Assembly: GCF_006345805.1 (NCBI RefSeq)
Contig: NC_043006.1
Coordinates: 104,656,001 to 104,720,000 of the forward strand
DNA: 64,000 bases
Origin: Octopus sinensis
Lineage: Eukaryota
Direction: 5' to 3'
The translations under genes and the position numbers were made by a program. This document shows, one piece after another, positions 41,259-53,750 of this stretch. The notes under the pieces are model-generated. The model was not told the origin of the DNA, ran no database searches, and was given only the letters and a program-made list of their open reading frames with translations. The number at the start of each line of letters is the position of its first letter. Position 1 is the stretch's first letter.

Positions 41259-41305
41259 CCTATATATATACCTATATATACATATATACCTATATATACG
41301 TATAT

Positions 41306-41366
<61 letters not shown>

Positions 41367-41387
41367 CATATATATACCTATATATAC

Positions 41388-41456
<69 letters not shown>

Positions 41457-41569
41457 ATATATATATATATATATACATATATATACATATATATATGTGT
41501 GTGTGCGTATGTATATGTGTATATAAATCTCTCACTCTCTCTCTCTCTCTCAATATATATATATATATT

Positions 41570-41637
<68 letters not shown>

Positions 41638-41700
41638 GTATATACGTATTAGTATGTATGTATGTATGTATGTAGTATGTATGTATGTATGTATGTATAC
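41259..41700. repeat. Compound (TA)n/(TATG)n microsatellite
   Basis: Direct reading. Confidence 0.9.
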
Positions 41701-42357
41701 ACACACAGAGTCCAGACTGAAACTTCGAAGTCACTGTAATTCTTCGGTTTACTCGATATAAAAATACCTTCTTGATTTCCTGAAATGCGTTGCTCCTGGA
41801 GTAGGAGAGAGTGAGTGAGAGAGAGACAGAGAGAGACAGAGAGACAGAGAAAGAGAGAGACAGATAGACAGACAGACAGCCAAAAACAGACAGAAACAGA
41901 GAGAGAGAGATACTGAGAGCGTGTGTGGAGAAGGGGAGAGAGAGAGAGAGAATGTCTGTAAATAATAAACTGGCTTGATTCTCGACTAATTGCAATTTAA
42001 AAGGAGGTAACCTTATGCGAGACACAATTCTCTGGAATCAAAATTCCAACAAAGACGGAAAAGGATGTTTAATTAGTTTCTTTCTGGAAACAGGGACAGT
42101 TAAAAAACAGTTCTTTCTACAATGTTGGGCGTCATCACCACACCGCTGTTTTTTTAAATTTGGCTACTGCCAGACATGTACTACAGCCGTATACGAAGTA
42201 ATTTAAGTAATTTAAGTTGCGGACATTTATCGCTTACATTGATTGATGCAATTACAGAAAGAAAATTAAAACAAAAAATAAATCAAACGACAAAATATGC
42301 CAGAATTGCCACTAGCACGAATTTGAGTATGAAGGACAAAGAAATGTATGCTGGATA

Positions 42358-42946
42358 AGGCGGCGAGCTGGCAGAAACGTTAACACGCCGGGCGAAATGC
42401 TTAGCAGTATTTCATCTGCCGTTACATTCTCAGTTCAAATTCCGCCGAGGACGACTTTGCTTTCATTCTTTCGGGGTCGATTAAATAAGTACCAGTTACG
42501 CACTGGGGTCGATTTAATCCGTTTGTCTGTCCTTGTTTGTCCCCTCTGTGTTTAGCCCCTTGTGGGTAGTAAAGAAATAGGTATTGCGTCTGCCGTCACG
42601 TTCTGAGTTCAAATTCCGCCGAGGTCGACTTTGCCTTTCATCCTTTTGGGGTCGCTTAAATATGTACCAGATACGCACTGGAGTCAATATAATCGACTTA
42701 ATCCGTTTGTCTGTCCTTGTTCGTCCCCTATGTGTTTAGCCCCTTGTGGGTTGTAAAGAAATAGGTATTTCGTCCGCCGCTGCGTTCTGAGTTCAAATTC
42801 CGCCGAAGTCGACTTTGCCTTTCATCCTTTCGGGATCGATTAAATAAGTACCAGTTACGCACTGGGGTCGATATAATCGACTTAATCCGTTTGTCTGTCC
42901 CTGTTCGTCCCCTCTATGTTTAGCCCCTTGTGGGTAGTAAAGAAAC
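42358..42946 (+). mobile_element. Trimeric SINE family A with 19-bp TSD
   Basis: TSD aagaaatgtatgctggata at 42339-42357 and 42947-42965. Confidence 0.92.
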
Positions 42947-43543
42947 AAGAAATGTATGCTGGATACCATTTAAGATAAATATATCGTAAAAGAACATACA
43001 ACAAAAATAATAACAACACCTACATACACCTATATTAAAGTGTAAGCGACGGCAATTATCAGTTATCTTTCAAAACTTGATAATGGCATTAAACTTTCAG
43101 TTCCAGACTAGCAATGCAATTAATTATTTGATAATACACAACACTACTAAATACTTTACATGTTTTAATTAATTTTAGAGTTTAATTTGCTATGATTTAG
43201 GCAACGATCATGTGAATTAACTTTTAGCATTTTCTGCAGATTTCAAGTTGTTGCCAACATTGAACCAATAAAAATATGTCTGATCGTCTGTGAATGAATT
43301 AGAAGTGTTTGAGTATCTGTCTGTCTTTCATATGCTTTGCGGTCCTTCAATGACCGGTGACATGAAACTCTAGGAAACTGGGTGAATATTTTCTTAAATT
43401 TTCACGTCAATACCTTTCAATTTTCTTTGGCATTAAATAGTCTGTTCTCTATCATTTTTATTCTATTTATGTGCATATCAATGTATTAAATACATATTTA
43501 AGATTCTGTGAATAACAATATGCACACACAAACGCACACACAA

Positions 43544-43585
<42 letters not shown>

Positions 43586-43723
43586 TTACATAACAGGCTT
43601 CTTTCAGTTTCCGTCTACCAAATTCACTCACAAGGCTTCGGTCGGCCCGAAGTTATAGTGAACCTGAAACCATAAGATTGGGAAGCGAACGCCTATATAT
43701 ACATATGTATATATATGTATATG

Positions 43724-43767
<44 letters not shown>

Positions 43768-43889
43768 TTTTATTTGTTTTAGTCATTTGACTTAGGCCAT
43801 GATGGAGCACTGCCTTTACATATATTTACATATATATATATATATATATTATATATATAACTGAACACCTAATTTTTACATCTTTATCT

Positions 43890-43970
43890 GCTTCTGAAGA
43901 GATTCGACATTCAAATATTTTTTTATTTTTAATTAATTTTCTGAGGGCCTGAATTGAAACAGCTGCAAGT
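43890..43970 (+). ncRNA. Hammerhead-like motif (probably inactivated at the cleavage triplet)
   Basis: gctt-CTGAAGA-gattc...gaatt-GAAACAGCTGCA-agt; GCA in place of GUA. Confidence 0.5.
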
Positions 43971-44017
43971 GATACTTGTCAATTTTTCAATTAATAAATA
44001 ATTTATTAATTACCTCT

Positions 44018-44222
44018 ATTCTTCTTCTTCTTCTTCTTCTTCTCCTTCTTCTTCTTCTCTTTCTTCTCTTCTCTTCTTCTTCGTCTTCTCTTCTTTCTTC
44101 TTCTTCTTCTTCTTCTTCTTCTTTCTTCTTCTTCTTTTCTCTTCTTCTTCTTCTTCTTCTCTTCTTCTTCTTCTTCTTCTTCTTCTTCTTCTCTCTCCTC
44201 TCTCTCTCTCTCTCTCTCCTCT
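44018..44222. repeat. (TTC)n/(CT)n microsatellite
   Basis: Direct reading. Confidence 0.95.
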
Positions 44223-44223
44223 A

Positions 44224-44279
<56 letters not shown>

Positions 44280-44439
44280 CCTCGAAACTTAAACAACAAC
44301 CTTTCTCCAAGCCACATTTGTTTGACTTTTTTTTCTTCTCTTCCTGTGTTTTTTTTATATTGACTATATATAGATGTGTGTTACTGAAGTGTGATATATA
44401 TGCCTCTAAAGTGACAGAAGGTACTAAGTGCGATGCTAG

Positions 44440-44665
44440 GTTTTCGTCCGACGTCTTTTAGTCCAACGCCATATTCAACGACAAATCCATAAAATTCTCA
44501 ATGATTCTTTGATTTTGATGTTCATCTTGTTTTCTAAAGAGTTTATTTCAGATTCGACCAAAAGTCGTTGGGCGAAAAAGTTCGTCGGTCAAGAAGACGT
44601 CGGACCAAAACACGTGGACGAAGTGACGTTGAACAAAGTGACATCAGACGAACAGTCAGATCATG
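44440..44665. mobile_element. Decayed MITE with short subterminal tandem repeats
   Basis: gttttcgtccgacgtctt mirrored by aagacgtcggaccaaaac; repeated ~15-bp 'gtNggacNaaa' units. Confidence 0.4.
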
Positions 44666-44992
44666 ACTAAGTGGCATCGGCATTGCTAGAAATAAGATTC
44701 AAACCGACTCACTCGTCACAAGAGCATTATCTTAATGATTATGGGTATGTCCGTAAGGGAGCTATCTCCCTCGCCAGTCATTATGATAGTGTTCGTGTGT
44801 CAGTTTGACTCCTATTTCTATGAATGCCTGTACCACTTAGTACCCACTGAAAAACTAAACCCCTTATGAGTGAAAAACGCAGGGTAACGCCATAAACTGG
44901 CCAACCCCAATATAATATTAACTGTCCTACATCTTAGAGTGTGCTTCTCCTCCAAATTTATGTAATCATATATATATATGTGTGTGTGTGTG

Positions 44993-45032
<40 letters not shown>

Positions 45033-45329
45033 TGTGTCTGTGCTTGTCACCCCACCATCGCTTCACAACCGATGTTGTGTGTTTACGTCCCAACAATAGA
45101 CTCCCTGTCCTTGATACTGAACTTTGGTTAGAGACTGTGAACAACAGAGTGCAGCTCCTCCGCTCCTGTCATATGAAACCCTTAACTTCGAAATATGTTG
45201 TTCACAAGAACTCAGCTTTGTCCCACAACATGAAAATTAACATACTGATAGCAGACTTAGGATAACGAACAACGTGTCCCCATTATGCAACCACTATGAA
45301 ACGAAAAGTCATGTACATAACTTCATGCA

Positions 45330-46060
45330 CCGCATGCAGTTCTACTGATATAATCAGAAAGATAGGGTTTGAGTATACAGGGGTGTTATAAAGAAGTTAT
45401 ATAATATTAAATGTAATGAAACCAGTGGTACCTGCCCTAGATATATAAGCAATGACTGGAATAGGATACAAAGAGCTTGGGACAAAGCAAACAGGGTGAA
45501 CACGTGGTATAAAACCGACAAATATCAAGGAGTGATGTTTGTAGAATCCACAGCCCATAGAGAATTAGCCCGTAGATTTAAGAAAGCTCTGAAGGAGACC
45601 GAACTCAACATTAAAATTGTTGGAAAACCAGGGAACTCCATTAGATCACAACTATGTAGGACGTACCCCTTTGAGAATACCATATGCACCAATGATAACG
45701 ACATGGTATGTAGGATTAGCCCTGGCGTTAACTGTAGAAGTGAAAATGTAGTCTACTGCGTAAGATGCATAGAAGGTGCTTGTAAAGACATGAACATGAC
45801 GTACATAGAAGAGACATCTAGGAGCATTGCGGAAAGACTAAATGAACATTCGAGACAATATGACGACAAAACAACAGTCCTCCATACTCCTCCAACATGC
45901 CAAGGACCAACATAGAGGCAACCTGGATCAACTTCACACCCGCATTTTATCCAAGCACCCAAAGGACCCAACACTCAGACAAATGCAGGAGTAGGTTCTC
46001 ATAAATGAAACATCCCCAGAACTGTATAGGAAATATACATAGCAGATAATCACATCCCCA
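45330..46060 (+). mobile_element. Penelope-like remnant, Nematis-like linker plus GIY-YIG
   Basis: ORF 45496-45915: WYK..YQGVMFVEST..ELA..NIKIVGKPG.S..QL.RT.PF...C...C...NC..ENVVYCVRC..YIEETSRS..ERLNEH. Confidence 0.8.
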
Positions 46061-46474
46061 TACCTTCAGTTTATATTTATATACAGGCAGAATAGAAAGG
46101 GAGCTGTTATGTAGGTAGTTGTATGCATGTATGTGTGTGTGTATATATGTATATGTATATGCACCTGTATGTAGGCATATGGATACGAAAGTAAACAGAT
46201 AGACATACAGACGGATAGGTACATAGGTCCTATGAACAGACTAACACACATACACACGCATACACAAATGAAGACTGAAACACATATATACAAACATACA
46301 CACATAGATATATACATATGCGAACACGCACACACATACATGAATACACACACTTACATGCATGCATACATACATGCATACACATATACATACATACATG
46401 TGTATGCCCATACACACTGACTCACACGCATGCGCACAAACAAAGGAAAAGAACGCAGCTTCAATAACGGACCG

Positions 46475-46567
46475 AGTCAACAACTATTGAAAAGGTTGCA
46501 AAATGCAACGAAACTTTTAGAAAAATAAATAAGTAAATGAGTGGAAAATATTACCGGTGAGTGTGTT
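46475..46567 (+). mobile_element. PLE-terminus-like repeat with degenerate hammerhead
   Basis: TTGAAAAG-gttgc-aaaat-gcaac-GAAAC; homologous to 1303-1409. Confidence 0.5.
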
Positions 46568-46599
46568 AAATGAGAATGACTCACCCCAGACACAACAGT

Positions 46600-46658
<59 letters not shown>

Positions 46659-46666
46659 ATATATAT

Positions 46667-46700
<34 letters not shown>

Positions 46701-46731
46701 ATATAATATACTGTTGTGTCTGGGGTGAGTC

Positions 46732-46787
<56 letters not shown>

Positions 46788-46859
46788 TGTGTGTGTGTTG
46801 TGGTGTGCGTGTGTGTGTATATATATAAATATGTAAGGGCATGTGTGTGTGTATGTATG

Positions 46860-47015
46860 CGATGGACTGTTTTCGGTTTCCGTCGACCACATTTACTCAA
46901 AAGGCTTCGTTGACCCAGGGCTACAGTAGAAGGCGTTTCCCAAGGTCCCACTCAGTGGCACTAAGACCGGAACGGTACGGTTGGGGATGTTCTTACCACG
47001 TACCTACGTCGCCTA
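46860..47015 (-). mobile_element. SINE family B, 5' half
   Basis: 'gtttccgtcgaccacatttactcaaaaggct...ctacagtagaaggcgtttcccaaggt'. Confidence 0.7.
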
Positions 47016-47422
47016 TAAAACATTGAAACCTCGACCGATACAGAAATATTAAACCAAGAATATGAATATTTATTTCTGGTTATGAATTATGTATGATACT
47101 CATAAGTATAAATATTTCCTATCTTGTTGAGTTCTTTAGAGAAGTTATTACTAGAAGATTATGCTATCGCTGTATCTACAAAATGTCTATTTATCTTCAT
47201 TATATTTAGACATGTATTCGTGTGGCTGTGTGTTCGTGTTTGCATATGTGTGCGTGAGTGTTGCTGTGTCTATGTGGGTATACGTATGTGTCTCGCTTTC
47301 TGTCACTCGCTATAAACAGACATAAATGTACACGCACACAAACACACGTTTATATCTTTCTATCTATCTATCTATCTATTATCTTTCTTTCTTTCTATCT
47401 TTCTACACACACACACACACAC

Positions 47423-47600
47423 ATCGTTAGCCACTACACACATTTTTTCTCTCCTTGTTTTTTCTGTGTCCCTTTCTGTAGAAGAGCGTAGGCTCGAAAC
47501 GTAAAAGACTTTTTCTATTCCTTAGCGTTATACTAATACATCTGTTTCTTTTCTACACCACCTGTCTTCGTCTTTTGTTTTTTTTCGTAAAACTCTCCCT
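47423..47600 (+). mobile_element. Family H element with variant hammerhead (47471-47508)
   Basis: cttt-CTGTAGAA-gagc-gtag-gctc-GAAACGTA-aaaga, followed by (TA)n. Confidence 0.75.
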
Positions 47601-47689
47601 ATATATATAATATAAATATATATATACACGCACACAAGAAAACACACATGCGCGCGCGTGCTCATATACAGGCGCCAACTTGGCTATAA

Positions 47690-48130
47690 GCGGCGGCGTA
47701 GCTCTATACGGAAGTGTAGCTATATGGTTAAGAGGTTTGCTCTCAAACCATGTGATTTTTGGTTCAGTTTCATAGCATACAACCTTGGGCGAGTATCCTC
47801 TACTATAAAGCTCCGAGCCAATCAAAGACTTGTAAGTCGATTTAATAGCAGAAAACTGAAAGAAGCCCGTCGTATACGCATATACATATCTGTGTGTGTT
47901 TGTGAGTTCCTTTGCACTTGTACTCTGTTGTTTCCCCAGCACTTCTTGATAACTGCTGTAGGTTTGTTTAAGACCCAGTAATTTTGCGCCTCGACATAAA
48001 ATAACGATATTATAAATATCAGAATTCGAAACAAAGTGAAGATATATTCTGGGGCTTATTTGATTAAAACTGTGAAGGCGGTGCGCCACATTAGCTGCAG
48101 TCAGACGGCTGAAACATGCAAATGATAAGA
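47690..48130 (+). mobile_element. Old SINE family B copy
   Basis: Head and CORE-like 'ccttgggcgagtatcctctactata', tail 'aaggcggtgcgcca..gcagtcagacggctgaaaca'. Confidence 0.7.
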
Positions 48131-49334
48131 CATAAACATATATAGATATATGGGATTTGTGTATGTATGTTTGTGAATGCATTTAGTGACAGCTAAAATT
48201 GTTTTACCGTTTGTTGTGATTTTCCTCTGCTCGGACGTTGACTGTACCGCTCACCTTATCGGCGTTGGATTCATTGAACTGGTAGACTGCTGGATGCAAT
48301 GTTTTACGGTATTCCTATTCCATCTCTTCGCTTGCTCTTTGTCTTGATTAGTTTCTAACTCCCTTCACAGTTCCTTTAGAATTACATTGGAAACTTCTTG
48401 AATGGACGCGCATAGTGTAAGTCACGGAATCAATAAATAGTGGGTGCTACGTTGGCGTGTGATCAACAACGTAAAGGGCGATTACTTTAGGATTACCTTT
48501 CAGTTAGTTTTAAATTTGTAAATCCCCTTAACATGATGGCTAATGATTTTCTACAAGAAATTATTTTGTATATACCCAGGATTGAAAATGTATTTTTTTC
48601 AAATTCTTACTATTTTAATAATGAGAAAACTATGTTTCATTTATGTCTTAATAAATAATAGGAAGAAATCAAGAATAAACAATACAATAATCAAAATAAG
48701 CGTGTAGATCACACGAGTTTGACAGTAGTGAGTTTTGCAACGTAAAGAAATTAAAATCTAGCCTAAAGTAATCGCTCTTGAAGTTGTAGATAACACGCCA
48801 CAGCAGCACCAAATATTTTGTGTATGATTGTTTAACGTCATGTGAAAGAATGCTTAAATGTTTCTTGTACACGATACTGATTAAACGGCAAATTAAAACA
48901 AATGGTTTTATAAATTGGGAGACATCACGAGTCTATCAAACAGGTTGCCAGGTGGGCGACAGATAAAGAAAATTGAATTCATGTATGATCACTAACTCTC
49001 AGGTACATTATCAGGAATTGTTATGTGTATATACATATACATACACACACACACACATATATATATACATATACACACACATATACATACATACTACATA
49101 CATACATACATACATACATATATACATACATACATATACATACATATATTTTATAACATATTATTATTAATATCAAGAAATCAATATTAGAAAATTCTTT
49201 AGAAAGATATATACGTGTGTAAAATAAATGTTGTATTAAAAATATAAATATGTATAAAAATATACGTAAATATGTATAAATATAAATATATAATGTATAT
49301 AACAGTTTAAAAGTTTTGAATTAAGTTTTAAAGC

Positions 49335-49424
49335 ATCTTACGATCGTTTCACAGAAGTGCTATCCCTATAATGGAATCCTATATTGATAAGCATTTATAG
49401 ACAACTCTTCTGCTCTTCAGAGAT
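49335..49424 (-). ncRNA. Type I hammerhead ribozyme with intact core
   Basis: Reverse strand: atct-CTGAAGA-gcagaag...cttctgt-GAAAC-gatc-GTA-agat; stems I, II and palindromic III all form. Confidence 0.75.
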
Positions 49425-49900
49425 ATAAAATTTGAATTTTGTACAACATATCGAACGGTAATTTTTTTTTTTAAATTGAAGTAAAACTATAAAATGGTGT
49501 TTGTTTGAAATATAAATTAAAAATTAAAAATTACTGCTTTTGATTTTGGTAGGTACACGTAAGTATGAGAATCCTTAAATCCATACATACTTCCTTGGTT
49601 AGTCTTTTGTAATAATCCATAATATTCATATGTATAATCCGTTATATTGTCTTGTATTCAAAATATAATTCATATACTTAGATAATATAGAATAACGGAA
49701 TCCTATATAGATAACTCTTCATCTCTTCAGTAATATCAAATGCGAAATTTGTATAATTTAACGAATGTTAGTTTTTAAATAAAATTATGAAGTAAAATGG
49801 GGAAATGATTGAAATATAAATTAAAAATTACTGCTTTTGATTTTGGTAAGTACAATTTAGCATGAGAATCTTGAAATTCATATGTCTCCTTGGTAATTCT
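49371..49900. repeat. Two diverged direct repeats (~325-bp period) of the hammerhead-bearing unit
   Basis: 49371-49608 aligns with 49695-49900 ('ggaatcctatat..ctcttcag..aaattactgcttttgattttggta..atgagaatc..ccttggt'). Confidence 0.75.
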
Positions 49901-49915
49901 TATATATATATATAC

Positions 49916-50085
49916 TTTAATTTAGAGATAGTATACCCCTACTTCTCATCAAATAAAAAGAATATTTATTTTTATTTGGTGAGAAGTAGGGGTATACTAT
50001 CTCTAAATTAAAATATATTTCTTCATTGAGAATAATTTGAACTTGTGTTATGCCGGAATTGTTATTCCCTAAAAAATAATATTTA
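49916..50085. repeat. 44-bp-arm hairpin plus unpaired terminus between (TA)n tracts
   Basis: Arms 49916-49959 / 49969-50012, one mismatch. Confidence 0.8.
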
Positions 50086-51009
50086 AATATATATATATAT
50101 TTATATATATATATATGCATATATATTCTTAGACCAACAAGCGATACCTCTGCTTGTGGGCTACAAATAGCCACATGCCATCTCAAAGCACACATTTCAG
50201 AGCCATGATTCTTTGGTTCAATACCTGCCTGCGTATCATCGAATAAATCCATCGCTAACTGCACACACATGGTTAACCATGAAACTACTGATGCAACACA
50301 CACGACGACATAATCCCATACAAAAGGGATATTTTAATGTCTTATAATTTGAGAAGGAGCAGGAGAGAAGGCAGTGCACATAACCATTTGCGGGGATCGA
50401 TGATTAATTGGAAGGAGAAAGGATGTGATCGTGAAACCGGATACTTGACCCGCATCCTTCCTAAGGGAATGGGATCCTCTAAAGCACTCAGAGTGAAGAG
50501 GGTGGTAGTGTTAAAATACTACATATAGCCATGTGGTTGCCTTGTATTTCAACTATTAATTTTATATATCTTGTAATTCACATAATCACGGAAGGCAACG
50601 TATCATCTGATTTGCTAAAAACACTTGCTGTTAGCAGTGATTTCTAATACGTTGTCACAGGTGTCGACTGGTAATTATCGTTAGAGTATAGCTAAGTTAC
50701 AATAAATGACATAAATTTGGAATTCCGTTAAAGAACTCTGGGGAAAATAACGTAATCTTTTCTGTAATTGCTCCTGCTTTAATTTAAGTAGAGACAAAGT
50801 AGGTATCTGGAAAAAATAGAATGAATGTAATAGGATAATTTTCGTATTTTCTTACATTTAGATATATCTATACACACGTGCAATATTGCATTGTTAAACG
50901 CATACTTTCGTCCGGCTGAAAGAGGCAGCTAAAGTAGCCCGAATATTCGAAGTCTCTGATTACATTTTCCTTGCAAAAGTACATACTGTGCTCAAAGGGT
51001 TTACGTTAA

Positions 51010-51350
51010 TCATCTATATACATATAAAGCTGAAGTTGCCTGTGTATGGCAGGTTTGGTAGCCTTCAACTAACACTATCTCCACCGAGACCCTGCGGCGC
51101 AAGTTGACCAAAATTGAGAGTATGATAGAAGAAGGCTTGCTCTTCTTTAAATTGAAGAGAAAATTCAAATCGGACCATGTTAACACCAAAGATTATTTAC
51201 ATCAAAAGGGTGCTTTTTTTTCTATGAAAATCCCTATTTTTTACGATTTTTTGACTGCTGTGTCGCGATGTTTGGTGTAATTATCAACGACATCGCTAAT
51301 TGACATATTTTACGTATTGTTAATTAGCATAGTAGCATAACCCGGAGGAA
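51010..51350 (+). mobile_element. Helitron-type 5' module (3' end not evident)
   Basis: TC start, 'tatatacatataaagctgaagttg..gtgtatg..gaccaaaattg..aaattcaaatcggacc'. Confidence 0.5.
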
Positions 51351-51366
51351 ACATAGATTACATTGA

Positions 51367-52688
51367 AAAATGCGAGCAAGAGAAATAATATTCGTAAGAT
51401 TATTAACCTGGAAAATTACAGGGAAAGTTATTACACTTGGATAAAATTTGAATATAAAAAAATTATTTGATTTTGATTTACAAAGTAACAGTATAATTAA
51501 AACAGGTACCATCATTTTGTTAAAACCTTGACACACTAAAATACTTTAAAAATGAGAGCCAGAATTACCAATATAGCTAAAGTGTTATGCAAAGTAGAAT
51601 AGTATATATGGCAGGCAAATTCATTATGTCAAAAATAGGTATTGGATCAAGACTAAAAATGTGAAGACTTGGCAATATTTTAGGCAAGAACTCAAGCAAA
51701 TTTTGCTGTGAATTTATTGTTATAGGTAGATTTTACTGTAATATATAATAATTTTTGTATTATTCTATTTATTGTACTATCTAATTAAGTATTGCTATTA
51801 CTTTTATAACCTATTTTCAAATTTCTCATTATTAATTAATAATTTTTTAAAAATGAATTTTAGGAAAGTGCAACATATATTTTTATTGAGTTATTTTAAA
51901 TTTTTAATAGAAACAACAAATAGAAGTAATAACTTGGTATCTTTTCGGTTTGAACGGCAGTTTTTAACATAATTTCTAGGTAACTAAAAATTTTTTAACT
52001 TCGTATACTAGTAGAATGTGTTTATAAAACATCTTTTTCTCTTGGTTTTATTGAGAAAATTCTATAGTTTATAAGATATTTGGTCTTTGATTTCTTGCAT
52101 TTCTGTAATTTCAACCAATCAATGACCGTCTATTGAGGTGAAAACATTCTGTGCCGTATGAATATGTCCCTCGTTTAAGAAACAGATTGGGTTTATTTAC
52201 ATTTGTGAAGAAAAAGATACCCTTTCCCCACCCCTAACCCTAACATATTCATACGGCACAGAATGCTTTTTAACTCAATAGACGCCAGTGATTGGTTGAA
52301 ATTGCAGAAATTGACGAAATTAAAGACCAAATGTGTTACAGACTATAGAATTTTCTCAATAAAGCCAAGAGAAAAAGATGTTTTATAAACACATTCTACC
52401 AGTATACCAAGTTTAAATTTGTTAGTTACCTGGAAATTATGTTAAAAACTGCCGTTCAAACCGAAAAGATTCATAACTTGTAATAAGATTTTAATTTTGA
52501 TAAAATCTATTTTCTAAATCTAAATATTTTATTTGAAATGTTATCCTTAGTTGCAATATTTTAAGTCAAAGTTTTCTTGTTCTGTACTTTACCAATAAGT
52601 TGTCCTGAACTTTTCCATGTGTAATAACTTGTTCTGTAATTTTCCAGGTTTATTATCTTAGGAATATTATTTCTGTTGCTCGCATTTT
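51367..52688. mobile_element. Non-autonomous DNA transposon with ~75-bp TIRs (host of nested MITE)
   Basis: 51367-51441 is the reverse complement of 52614-52688 with scattered mismatches. Confidence 0.75.
51937..52472. mobile_element. MITE with ~230-bp TIRs and 8-bp TSD (Merlin-like)
   Basis: TSD ataacttg at 51929-51936 and 52473-52480; TIRs 51937-52167 / 52243-52472; CCCTAACCCTAA in the spacer. Confidence 0.88.
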
Positions 52689-53039
52689 GCTATCCTAAAT
52701 ATTTTTGACACAGACATACACGCGCGTGCATGCTAAGGTATGTGTTTAAAATCTATAATTGTTATATGTAGACCACCCGGTTTAATATTATCACTTTGTT
52801 GTTGCGTATCATTTATTGAATTTCATTTATGGTTTGAGAATAAGATTTTTCTCTTCCGCGCAAGGCCTTGAGAAAAATAAGCTCATATGTGCTGTTCTCC
52901 TATCCCTATCTAACCAATAAAAAATGAATTACCACTGGCTAAGCTTCGAAAATGTTTAGTACATTTTCACAATTCTATTAGTGGACTTGGTTGGTAGAAA
53001 TTTTACAACATGAGACAATATATTAAACCATTTCCTCCA

Positions 53040-53750
53040 GTTTTTTGTTCTGCGGTCAGCTTTTTCTTTCATCCGGATTTTTATGTTCGAGGTCAACTTT
53101 TTCTTTCATCCTTTCGTGGTCGTTAAAATATAAAATCAGTCAAGTACTGAGATCGACGAAATCGACTATTTACCTTACCCTAAAAAATATTGACCTTATT
53201 CCTAAATCATGAACCGTTATTGATAACGCTTTGTTCATTTATTTATTTATTTGTTTTAGCCATCTCCTGTCCGTTTTGCAAATCTCGGTGTCTCAAAACC
53301 AATACTCAGTCAGTTCCATAACTAAAGATCTTAATAATCGCAAATATTCTCATTAGTAAAGCGGTAGCCGTTTTCGTCTTTGATATTTTAACGACAGTTA
53401 AGGCGACGAGCCGGCATTGTCGTCAGCACGCTGGGTAAAATACTTAGCGGCATTCCGTCCGTCTTTACATTCTGCGTTCAAATTCCGCCGAGGACACATT
53501 GCCGTCCATTATTTACAGGTCAATAAAATGAGTACTAGTTGAGTACTTGGCTCAATGTAGTAGACTATCTCCTCCTCCAAAATTGTGAACCGTGTGCCAA
53601 CATTTGAAATCAATATGCTAACGACTGTTAAGGCGGCGAACTTGGCCAAATGCTTTGCGGCATTTCATCGGTCTTTGTTTTCTGAGTCCACATTCCGCCG
53701 AGCTCAACTTTGCCTTTCGGAGTTAATGAATTAAGTGCTAATTGAAGACT
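53040..53750 (+). mobile_element. Cluster of three old SINE family A copies/fragments
   Basis: Fragments at about 53040-53215, 53399-53610 and 53629-53750 with 'aaggcg.cga' heads and 'ttcaaattccgccgagg'. Confidence 0.7.

Noticed and set aside
52232-52243. Interstitial telomere or chromosome fusion site
   Set aside because: Only two CCCTAA units, inside a TSD-flanked MITE.
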